Assembly: GCA_021800165.1 (NCBI GenBank)
Contig: JAJYZF010000004.1
Span: 3,296 to 67,295, forward strand
Direction of reading: 5' to 3'
From: Planctomycetota bacterium
GTDB taxonomy: Bacteria; Planctomycetota; Phycisphaerae; WQYP01
DNA length: 64,000 nt
Below are positions 29,748 to 38,522 of this stretch, in pieces. The notes beneath the pieces are model-generated. The model saw only the letters and a list, made by a program, of their open reading frames with translations, was not told the DNA's origin and searched no databases. Positions within the stretch are counted from its first letter, which is position 1. Each line of letters begins with the position of its first letter. The position numbers and the translations under genes are program-made.

Positions 29748-30205
29748 GCGAAGACCCCGTGTTCCAATCGGCCAATCAGATTCTCGACTTCGCGTGCTCC
29801 AACGTCCGTCGCGGCGAAGTCCAGCGGGGTTTCTCCACCCAACCCCGATTGCCGGGTCTGTATCCACTTTCTCGCGGCTGCAACATCCCCCTCAAACAGA
29901 TCCACAGCCTGATCAAATATGGCCGATGCCCGCCACACCCGGTCGGATTCATCAGGTTGCAGTTTTCCTTCGCTTTGCCGCCGGGTCAGAGTACGTTGCG
30001 GGATGGCAACAAAGCGTGAGATTTCGGCCCACGGCAGTTGGGTCGCCTTCTGAAATCCGGCGAGTTTCTTGAACGGAAACCCGGCCCGGACCAACCGCAC
30101 GATCTTGACCGAATCGTTCGTGCCAATCCCAAGCCTGCGGGAGGCAACCCTCCTCTTTGCGCCCTTGATCTTGTACTTTCTCGCATGAGCCTCAGTAGTC
30201 GTCAT
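29744..30205 (-). CDS. Xre/MbcA/ParS-type antitoxin (DUF2384 C-terminal domain)
   Basis: AAGGAG RBS. C-terminal RASAIFDQAVDLFEGDVAAARKWIQTRQSGLGGETPLD is typical of RES-partner antitoxins. Confidence 0.7.
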   Translation of the reverse strand: MTTTEAHARKYKIKGAKRRVASRRLGIGTNDSVKIVRLVRAGFPFKKLAGFQKATQLPWAEISRFVAIPQRTLTRRQSEGKLQPDESDRVWRASAIFDQAVDLFEGDVAAARKWIQTRQSGLGGETPLDFAATDVGAREVENLIGRLEHGVFA

Positions 30206-30810
30206 AACAACTCCTTATTTGGCCAAATGGCACTATTGTACGCGCCAACTGGCTGGTAAACAAGGTATCGGTCTGACTTCCATTCCACCTTGACTGCCAC
30301 TCTCGCGTGTCCACCCGGCGACAAGCATGCCCGCACCTGACCTCAAGGCCACACCATTTTTGATAGGTGACTTAAGATCCAAGGTTTTCAAATCCTTCAG
30401 CAAAGACGCGTTTTCAAGATGGTCCGCATCGCCAAGGAGCCGCCTCTCGCGCCGTTCCCGAACCCAACGGCCCCGGCTTACGCAAAACGCCGCAAAGCCG
30501 GTTGGCCAGTTGCAGAGCAGCAAGCCTCCGTTCTCGGGGCGGCATTTTCCACACGAGCCAGCTCTTTCCCGGGCGTTTGAGAAATAGTTTGCGTCACCAG
30601 GCGGGGATTAACTTGCCGGTCGTTTTGTGGCCTTCGGAGATCATTTCAAACAGGAGCGGCCTCATTTTCCGGGTGCGGCGGTAACAGCGGAGCCAGGGGC
30701 GGTAATCCGGTGGTCAGGCCCTCGTTGCAGGGAAGGCCGAGCGGATGGCCGGGTTTTCGCCCATTGCGTGGTATGGGGCAAAATTGTAGACACCCAGCGA
30801 ATAGCTCCGG

Positions 30811-31254
30811 TCAGACCCATCGCGTGATCTTGTTTCCTTCCCGGTCAATAAAGTTGCCGGTCACGATCATGATGAGGTCGCAGATTATCCAGAGACCGAA
30901 ACCACCAAGGGTCAAAGGCATAAGTAGCCCTGTTCCAACCTTCCCCACGTAAAACCGGTGGACACCCAATATCCCCAGAAACCAACAGAGGAGTAGGACT
31001 GGAAGAATTCGCTCTGGGGTTCCAAGTTGAGCACCGCATTTTGGACAGGCGAGCGCGGTTGGGTGTATTTGGGCACCGCAGCCTGAGCATCGCCAGAGCC
31101 TTGAGGCCACTATGGCCTCGCGTTGGGCTGCCTGGCGGCTGAGCCGGTCGTGGCAGTTGGAGCAGACGATTGTATTTTGCCAGACCATCGCTTGTTCGTC
31201 TTTCCCCATTTGACGGGAACAGCATTCGCACTTTTCCACGGACTCTGTCGACAT
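30811..31254 (-). CDS. Zinc-ribbon / TM2-domain membrane protein
   Basis: Three CxxC pairs in the N-terminus. C-terminal TM2 domain (GVHRFYVGKVGTGLL...GGFGLWIICDLIMI). AAAGGA RBS. Confidence 0.6.
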   Translation of the reverse strand: MSTESVEKCECCSRQMGKDEQAMVWQNTIVCSNCHDRLSRQAAQREAIVASRLWRCSGCGAQIHPTALACPKCGAQLGTPERILPVLLLCWFLGILGVHRFYVGKVGTGLLMPLTLGGFGLWIICDLIMIVTGNFIDREGNKITRWV

Positions 31255-31690
31255 GTTAAAGTTCCTTTTCGTGGGGGCCGGGCGACGGGCTTACGAGTTT
31301 CCATATATTTTAGCCTACCGAATGGTTGCCGCAAGCTTGCGACGTAAATGCCCACATTGGCCCCTGTTGGCAGGGCCGTAAGGAATAGGTCTCTAATAAG
31401 TTCGGCGGTCAATGGGCGATTGAGTGTGAAAGGCTCCTATGAAATCGCTACACTGACTCGTACTTGGCTGGAGATACTCAGAGGGCGCTCGTCACCAGTA
31501 ATGGCGCGGACGATTCCCTCTTGGGGGAACGTAGCCTGCAGCCAGTTGGAAGGGAGAACATGATTATTTGGACGGTTTGCCCCAGGGGTGGGCTGCGGGT
31601 CTGAAAGAGCGTGTTTGGTACCAATCGGATCCCCGCGGTTCTGACGAGCCGGAACGAAGGAAGGCCCAGCGCATGCAGGTGTTGCATCTG

Positions 31691-33538
31691 TTACGGCACC
31701 GAGGACGGGATATTGCGGAGTTCACTTGCGGCTTGCTCCCGGAGATTATCCGGGGCATCACCCATTTTGAGTATATCACGATAACGGGCGGCAGCATCGG
31801 CGTATTCACAAGAAAGAGCGAGCAAACGCGATTGCGCCAAGATTGCCTTGGCCCTCTGATCGGTTGGTGCCTCCGCAGTCGCGGCCAGCGCGGCGTATTC
31901 CTGGATGGCCACCCGAAATCGCCCCTGCTCCGCATGGACTGCAGCACGGTTGTATTGTGCGTGGGCCCTTTGCGTGGCGGTTGAACCGGCGAGTTGAGCG
32001 ACGCGTTCGTAATCATCAATCTCGAGGTCAGGACGGCCCCGCATACCGTGTGTTATGGCGCGACTGATCAGAGCGTCGGCTTTCATTTCGGAGCTGCTTT
32101 CGGGTGCCGCCAGGATCGTATTAAAGTCCTCAATGGCGAAGTCGCACAATCCTGCGCTCCGGTAGGCGCGAGCTCTGCCGAATAGTGCGCTCAGGGCAAG
32201 GCTAGGCGGGACACCATCAATTTGCATGGCCTCGTTGAAATCGCTTATCGCGTCATGTGCTTGGCCGCAGCGTAGCCGGACGATACCGCGATTCCTTATC
32301 GCGTGCGCGGTGGTCTGCGGGCGCGCGCCCCGGACGCCAATTGCCAGGGTATAGAAATCGCAGGCCCAATTCGCGTAGCCGGAATTGCTGTAGCCGAGGC
32401 CAGCTTGAAGGTAATATTCGCCCCACCTTTCCGAGAGATCGAGGGACGAGAACAGCAGAAGCGACTCGGCGAAAACGACGACTGGGTGGCGATCATATTC
32501 CGGCGGGTCGGCCGCCGGCTGCGGCGAGACGGTTCCGCCAACTCGGGCGCCGATGATGAGGCCGTTCGTGCATCCCGCAGGCATCGCCGCTCGCGTGGCG
32601 GGCTCGCTGGGTAAGGTCGCGGCCCCACGGGCCAAATGGGCTTGATCTTCGTCGAGCAGTCGTTCCGGTGCCATTGCTGGTGGATCGTCGGCTACGGTGC
32701 CCCAGTCCTTTATGGGAACGCTGGTTTCGGCGCTCGACCTGCCGCCCAAGGTGCGCGTGGCCGCCGGGAATCCAAAAAGGGACGTGCAGCGGTTGGGGTT
32801 TCGGCCCACGATAATGGCCACAGAGTAGTCTCCGATTTCGTTGATTACCGTGTTGCCGCAAAAATTCGATTGGTCGCCAAGATTACCTTCCTGTATAGGA
32901 AAATGGATGCCGTTCCACCAGAGGTCCGCCTGTATCAAGCAGAAGTGGGATCCGAAAAATTTTGCTTGAAATGCCGTCTGTCCATTTCGGGCTATTGTGA
33001 ACATCCCGCCGTGGTAAACAATGTCATCGACGTCTGAGGTGCGGTAGGACATCTCATTATTTTGAATGATGAGCAACGGATTATCCATCTCGTCGTATAT
33101 TTTTAGACTTAAAAGCCAGTGATCTGATTCCCACCGTAGGCTGATAACGGAATTGCCGTCCATAGCCAGTATTATCACGTAACCGTCCTGGCGGGCGCGC
33201 ATGGAGAAGCTGTTGCTGGCAACGGAGATGCAGCACTCACGGGAGTGGGTTAGCCAAACTGTATCGGGAGTGCTAAGCGAATTCTGCCGGCGTTTGTTGA
33301 AGGGGGTAGAATTGGCCGCCCCGATCTCTTTCCGCGAAAAAATCCCGTTTGTTGTCTTTCTGTGGCATCCATCGCAGAGCATTGTGATATCATTTTCGAC
33401 GTGGCCCGTTTTGCTGTTGTAGCCATTAATATGGTGGTATTCGCAAATAGGCCTGCCGCACAGTACGCAGCCATAGCCACATCTTTCCCGCACTCGACGT
33501 TTTATTTCTGCGGGAATTTGCGGGCGATTCTGCGCCAT
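31691..33538 (-). CDS. Large HNH-nuclease / TPR-repeat protein (candidate defence effector)
   Basis: N-terminal HNH motif RCGYGCVLCGRPICEYHHINGYNSKTGHVENDITMLCDGCHRK. A central region of about 330 aa has no recognisable family. C-terminal TPR-like repeats run from about residue 430 to the end. [10 protein letters not shown] before the ATG at 33536-33538. Confidence 0.6.
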   Translation of the reverse strand: MAQNRPQIPAEIKRRVRERCGYGCVLCGRPICEYHHINGYNSKTGHVENDITMLCDGCHRKTTNGIFSRKEIGAANSTPFNKRRQNSLSTPDTVWLTHSRECCISVASNSFSMRARQDGYVIILAMDGNSVISLRWESDHWLLSLKIYDEMDNPLLIIQNNEMSYRTSDVDDIVYHGGMFTIARNGQTAFQAKFFGSHFCLIQADLWWNGIHFPIQEGNLGDQSNFCGNTVINEIGDYSVAIIVGRNPNRCTSLFGFPAATRTLGGRSSAETSVPIKDWGTVADDPPAMAPERLLDEDQAHLARGAATLPSEPATRAAMPAGCTNGLIIGARVGGTVSPQPAADPPEYDRHPVVVFAESLLLFSSLDLSERWGEYYLQAGLGYSNSGYANWACDFYTLAIGVRGARPQTTAHAIRNRGIVRLRCGQAHDAISDFNEAMQIDGVPPSLALSALFGRARAYRSAGLCDFAIEDFNTILAAPESSSEMKADALISRAITHGMRGRPDLEIDDYERVAQLAGSTATQRAHAQYNRAAVHAEQGRFRVAIQEYAALAATAEAPTDQRAKAILAQSRLLALSCEYADAAARYRDILKMGDAPDNLREQAASELRNIPSSVP

Positions 33539-33787
33539 TTGCCCCTCCAAGGAGGATAGCCGTTGAGGGCAGTCAGGCCGTACACAACAACGGTACGTCC
33601 GAGCGCAAAGAATCCTAAGCTTTTCGTTATTGCCACGCAAGCAGAACTGCGGAAGATATTACATTTCCTTCAGGGGCGCGGTCCAGCGGGTTACGGAGGC
33701 TCAGAACAGTGGGGGCGAAGCGGGATGCCTCTAGGGTGGTTGTTGGGTGTACCGTAAATATGAGATTCCCGCCGGTAATTTAGCCCT

Positions 33788-33816
33788 TTCCAATCCCTCC
33801 CACGCTATTCTTATCT
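33788..33816 (+). repeat. Direct repeat DR2 (att-like), pairs with 29120-29145
   Basis: See DR1. Confidence 0.5.
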
Positions 33817-34269
33817 CAAAGGGACTTGCGGCAACGTGGCGGGATCAATACCGCAGACTCATCGTCTGGAGGCTCTGCTTCTGACCAAAGAATCAGACAG
33901 GACCATTGCCCAGGTGTTGCACCTCAATCCCCGTCTGGTCCGGGCCTATCGCAAGATGTTTTTTGACGTTGGTGTGCCGCCACCCGTGTTGCTGCGGGTC
34001 CGGCCGCCGCGCGTCCAAACTCCCACCAGGCTGGCCGTCGCGGTATCGCAAGTTCGCTTTTACAGGCCTAAACTCAAAGCCGTGGCTTGGCCGCCAAAAG
34101 GCAAAAGCGGCCGGGGATTTTCCATGAGCCGGGGCTGGGCGGCGGGCTACCGGAGCGACCGAACCCCTCACATTTGGTACAATCCAAGGGGTTCAGGCCT
34201 CCGGAGGGGGTAGAACCTATTGGGTTGGTCGAAACGGATTAGTGAACAAATACCGAAGGCTCCAAAAAA

Positions 34270-35415
34270 ATGGCGAAAGTTGCGGTAAAAGAAAGTATTC
34301 TTCGCTGGGCCGTGGAACGTTCCAAGCGGTCGCCGGATGCGTTTTTGCCTAAATTTCCACACCTGCGCGATTGGGAAGAAGGCATCGCCATGCCGACCCT
34401 GCACCAGCTTGAGCAATTGGCCACGGCCACGCACACTCCGCTCGGCTATTTCTTTCTTGAGAAACCTCCCACAGAGGCGCTCCCAATTCCACATTTTCGC
34501 ACGCTCGTGGAGGAAACGCCAAACGATCCCAGCCCGGATCTTCTGGAAACCGTTTATTCGATGCAACGTCGCCAGGATTGGATGCGGGAATTTCTTATTG
34601 CCGAAAGCCACGCACCACTGCCATTCGTGGGTCGCGCAAAGCCCTCAGATTCCCCGGAGGTTCTCGCCCGGACGCTAAGAACAATCCTTGGATTTGCCGA
34701 TGGCTGGGCGGTCACCGCACCAAACTGGGCCGCAGCCCTGCGTAAGCTTCAACATGCCAGCGAACAAGCCGGCATCCTCGTCGCGGTAAGCGGCATTGTG
34801 GGCAACAACACACGCCGAAAACTTGATCCGGCGGAATTCAGGGGATTTGTTTTGGTGGACGACTACGCGCCGCTGGTATTCCTGAACGGGGCCGACGGGA
34901 AGGCGGCACAGATGTTCACCCTGGCACACGAACTGGCACATGTGCTCTTCGGCAGCAGCGCCGCCTTTGATTTGCGGCAAATGGCCCCGGCGCAGGGCGG
35001 GATCGAACGTGCATGCAACCGACTGGCGGCTGAGTTCCTTGTGCCGGCCGAACAACTCAGGGTGGCGTGGTTGCAGACCCGAAGCCAAGACGACCCCTGG
35101 CAATTTCTGGCACGCCAATTCAAAGTCAGCGAAATTGTTGCCGCACGGCGCGCCTTGGACCTGAAGCTGATCGGCCATGAAACGTTCCGCGAATTCTATG
35201 AAACCTACATCAGAATGGAAAGAAAAAAGCCCAAGGGCGACGGCGGCGATTTTTATCTAACCCAGAGCTCCCGCCTCGGAGGCCTCTTCGGCACCACCGT
35301 TGCACGAGCGGTTCGGGAAGGCAGGCTGCTCTATACCGAAGCTTATGAACTCACCGGCATGCGGGGGAAGACATTTGATAATTTTATAAGCCACCTGCCG
35401 GAACACAGTGCGTGA
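34270..35415 (+). CDS. XRE-HTH / ImmA-IrrE family zinc metallopeptidase (COG2856)
   Basis: N-terminal HTH (TLHQLEQLATATHTPLGYFF). HEXXH motif (TLAHELAHVLFG) in an ImmA/IrrE-like domain. Confidence 0.75.
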   Translation: MAKVAVKESILRWAVERSKRSPDAFLPKFPHLRDWEEGIAMPTLHQLEQLATATHTPLGYFFLEKPPTEALPIPHFRTLVEETPNDPSPDLLETVYSMQRRQDWMREFLIAESHAPLPFVGRAKPSDSPEVLARTLRTILGFADGWAVTAPNWAAALRKLQHASEQAGILVAVSGIVGNNTRRKLDPAEFRGFVLVDDYAPLVFLNGADGKAAQMFTLAHELAHVLFGSSAAFDLRQMAPAQGGIERACNRLAAEFLVPAEQLRVAWLQTRSQDDPWQFLARQFKVSEIVAARRALDLKLIGHETFREFYETYIRMERKKPKGDGGDFYLTQSSRLGGLFGTTVARAVREGRLLYTEAYELTGMRGKTFDNFISHLPEHSA

Positions 35416-35429
35416 AGGTAGTTCAAATT

Positions 35430-35915
35430 ATGTATCTCCTGGACGCGAATGTCTTTATTGAGGCCGCGAAACGCTATTATGCCTTCGACTTGGTGCCGCA
35501 ATTTTGGACGCGGCTGATTGAACAGGAGAAAGCCGGGCGATTATGCAGCATCGACCGCATCAGGGACGAACTGCGGAGGGGCAAAGATAGGCTGGCCCAA
35601 TGGGCCTCCACGGACTTTTCCGAGGCTTTCCGGAACTCGGCGGAGGCGAAGACCATCAAGGCTTACAGCAAAGTGATGAATTGGGTCCAAGAACAACCGC
35701 AATTGATTCCCGCCGCGAAAGATGAATTCGCCCGTTGCGCCGATGGATGGCTGGTCGCCTACGCGATTGCGCACGCATGTACAGTAGTGACGCACGAGGT
35801 ATTTGATGCAAACACCAGGCGCAGGGTGAAAATTCCCAATGTTTGCAGGGCGTTCGACATTCAGTACGTCGATACCTACGCGATGCTGCGACGCCTGGGC
35901 ATTCAACTGGTCTGA
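35430..35915 (+). CDS. DUF4411-family PIN-like protein (partner of COG2856)
   Basis: MYLLDANVFIEAAKRYY... D-rich PIN-like core. Translationally coupled to the ImmA gene (4-nt overlap if the upstream GTG is used). ATG at 35430 preferred. Confidence 0.7.
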   Translation: MYLLDANVFIEAAKRYYAFDLVPQFWTRLIEQEKAGRLCSIDRIRDELRRGKDRLAQWASTDFSEAFRNSAEAKTIKAYSKVMNWVQEQPQLIPAAKDEFARCADGWLVAYAIAHACTVVTHEVFDANTRRRVKIPNVCRAFDIQYVDTYAMLRRLGIQLV

Positions 35916-35949
35916 CCGCCCTACTCCGGACATTAAATTGAGAATGAAA

Positions 35950-37350
35950 TTTGCCGAGTATGTCTGCGGCCCGCAAAAAATGGCCACAACTCATCCCCAT
36001 CCGGACCGTCCCCACGCCCATTCCCCCGCGCCCACGCTCTGCGTACCTCTGCGTCCGGAGTTTATCCCGATGTCTATCGGGACGGTGAGCCCCCCCCGCG
36101 GCCGCAGCCGCCTTTACTCCCGACTCCCGACTCCCGTCTCCTGTCTCCTGACTCCTAACTCCCAAATCCTAACTCCTGCGGCCACAGCCGCTATTACCCC
36201 CCCCCATACCCCGCCTATCACTCAACCAAGCGGAACTCCCGATGGAAGGCTCATTCCCGATGGCTATCGGGACGCAGCCAAGCCTCGTTCCGCCTGGCCG
36301 CAGGCCCTTAAACCGCCTGCGATCATTGACAAGTAAATACGTGCCTCGCCACAGCGGCCCCGTCGAAGCCACAGGCGTGCACCACACCAAAATAAGGAAT
36401 TCGACTCATGCCCATGCTGCGCCTGAAACAAGCACAAAACCGACCACTAACCCGGAAAATTAAAAATGTTTGGACACTTTGGCCATCTTGGCCATCTTAC
36501 CCCAAAACCCCAACAAAACCGCCCATTTTTCAACCTGTCCAAGATGGCCAACCCCCAAAAACTTGGCCACCTTGGCCATCTTACCCGTCGCCGTCCTCCC
36601 GTTGAGGCATGGATGCCGAAATCCTCGATGTGGCAGGAGCCAAGCATCGGGAAGGCATGGATGCCGAAATCCTCGATGTGGCAGGAGCCACGCATCGGGA
36701 ACTCCTGACTCCTAACTCCCGTCGCGGCATGGACGCCGAAATCATCGATGCTGGAGGACCGGCGTATCGGGACCTCCCAACTCCTAACTCCTAACTCCTT
36801 ACCAAAAAAAACGTGTTGATCTTGTCGATCTTGATAATCTTGCCCAAAAATCCAACGCAGTGCCCCGTGTCCCTTCGTGTCCGATATTTATCCCGTCGTC
36901 ATTTAATCTGTGTAAGGCGTTTATCCCGAAGTCCATCGGGATGGATCCCCCTGTCCGCGCTCCGTGAACCTTTGTGTCCATTGTGGTAAAAAAAACGCCA
37001 TCCTTCTCCGTTCTTCGCGCCTTCGTCACTTCGTGTTTAACCCGTCGTCGCGCCCCCGTTAAGGCACGGATGCCGAAATCCCGATGTGGCAGGAGCCAAA
37101 CATCGGGACTGAAACCTGACCGCTTCCCCGCGTCCCCTGCGGTAAAAAATCGCCGCAGCTCTGCCGACCGCAGCCCTCCACCCGCCCGAGGGTACCGCCA
37201 CACATTCTGCCAAGCGCGGAAGCGGTGTGCTTGACAGAAAGTCCCATCCGCGACGCCCGGCACGATGCCCGCGGCAAAAAGGCGGAAGCGGGCGGTTGCC
37301 GCAAAATCTAATCGCACCCCCGCCCGAACTAAAAACCTCTGCCGCTTGCC
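35950..37350. repeat. 1.4-kb repeat-dense noncoding region upstream of tRNA-Lys
   Basis: About 48-bp tandem units GGCATGGATGCCGAAATCCTCGATGTGGCAGGAGCC(A/C)(A/G)GCATCGGGAA at 36606, 36654, a degenerate one at 36727 and a partial copy at about 37061. ACTCCTAACTCC-type tracts at 36120-36180, 36697-36727 and 36770-36800. TTGGCCATCTT direct and inverted copies at 36469-36590. CCCGATG-N-ATCGGGAC hairpins at 36065, 36255 and 36925. C8 and C9 tracts at 36090-36097 and 36197-36205. No credible ORF. Confidence 0.6.
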
Positions 37351-37400
37351 AAATCCGCTGCCCGCCTTAGAATTATAAACTGCACTCGCGCGGGGGCAAT

Positions 37401-37473
37401 GAGGCCGTAGCTCAGCTGGTAGAGCAACAGACTTTTAATCTGTGGGTCCTGGGTTCGATCCCCAGCGGCCTCA
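37401..37473 (+). tRNA. tRNA-Lys (anticodon UUU)
   Basis: GAGGCCGTAGCTCAGCTGGTAGAGCAACAGACTTTTAATCTGTGGGTCCTGGGTTCGATCCCCAGCGGCCTCA. Cloverleaf folds with the anticodon loop CTTTTAA. CCA is not encoded. Confidence 0.9.
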
Positions 37474-37532
37474 TTTGCCCGCCCAAGTAGGATCCGCCAC
37501 CGGCCAAGCGGCACCGCAAACGAAATATCATC

Positions 37533-38522
37533 ATGAGAAAGCATCATCCACTAACCGACCTGAGCACTTATATCGCCGCCCGCTGGGCGGCGATGATGCT
37601 GGGCTTTTTTCCAGTAAACGCCAACCTGCGCACGGCCAAAGCATTTGGATCCATGCTGTGGACCTTGGATCAGCGGCACCGGAATCTGGCCATCGAACAT
37701 GTTTCGCGCAGTTTGCCGGAACTTTCGCCCCAGCATGCGAGCCTGGTCGCCCTGCGGTCCATGCAGCATTTTTGCCAACTCGGCATCGATGTCATGTTCA
37801 CCACCCGCACCATCAACGTGCAGCGATGGCATCAATATGTGCATTTTCAGGAAAATCTTCGCCAGACCATCCGGATCACCATGGAAAATCGCGGAGCGAT
37901 TTTGCTCACCGGCCATTACGGCAACTGGGAAGTGCTGGGGTACACCATGGCCACGCTGGGGCTGCGCAGCTATTCGGTGGCCCGTCCCATTGATAATCCG
38001 TATATCGACACCTGGCTGCTGGGCGTGCGGCAGCGCAAGGGACAAATCATCTTGTCCAAACGCGGCGTCACCACCACCGCCCAGGAAGTGCTGGAAAATA
38101 AGGGAATTCTGGGATTCATCGCGGATCAAAATGCCGGGCCTAAGGGAATGTTTGTACCTTTTTTTGGACGCCTGGCCAGTACGTATAAAAGTATCGGCCT
38201 GCTGGCCATCCAGCATCGGGTTCCCGTGATTGTCGGCTGTGCCCGGCGGCGCGGCGACCGTTTTGAGTTTGATATTGACATTGCGGATATCATTGAGCCG
38301 CAGGACTGGAGCCATCAGCCGGATGAACTTCGCTACATCACCCAGCGTTACACGCTGGCGATAGAAAAGATGGTGCGCCAAGATCCCACCCAATATCTGT
38401 GGATTCACCGGAGATGGAAAACCCGGCCCAAAGGGGAAACCACGGCCGATGGCCCACCGCCATCACCCGACTCCGCCTCTGTGGTTACGCCGCATTCCGC
38501 GGCTGCGGATCCACCACTATAG
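37533..38522 (+). CDS. Lipid A biosynthesis (Kdo2-lipid IVA) acyltransferase, LpxL/HtrB family
   Basis: HYGNWE motif, N-terminal membrane anchor, LPLAT fold length. Confidence 0.7.
   Translation: MRKHHPLTDLSTYIAARWAAMMLGFFPVNANLRTAKAFGSMLWTLDQRHRNLAIEHVSRSLPELSPQHASLVALRSMQHFCQLGIDVMFTTRTINVQRWHQYVHFQENLRQTIRITMENRGAILLTGHYGNWEVLGYTMATLGLRSYSVARPIDNPYIDTWLLGVRQRKGQIILSKRGVTTTAQEVLENKGILGFIADQNAGPKGMFVPFFGRLASTYKSIGLLAIQHRVPVIVGCARRRGDRFEFDIDIADIIEPQDWSHQPDELRYITQRYTLAIEKMVRQDPTQYLWIHRRWKTRPKGETTADGPPPSPDSASVVTPHSAAADPPL

Noticed and set aside
33836-34213. 125-aa ORF in the divergent intergenic region between the HNH-TPR gene and the ImmA gene
   Set aside because: GTG start, no RBS, and Arg/Pro-rich. 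It overlaps the att-like repeat and the promoter region. Possibly a small HTH protein, but unsupported.
36400-36800. CRISPR array
   Set aside because: The repeats are tandem or interleaved with no regular spacing around unique spacers. Unit lengths and arrangements are irregular, and there are no cas genes.
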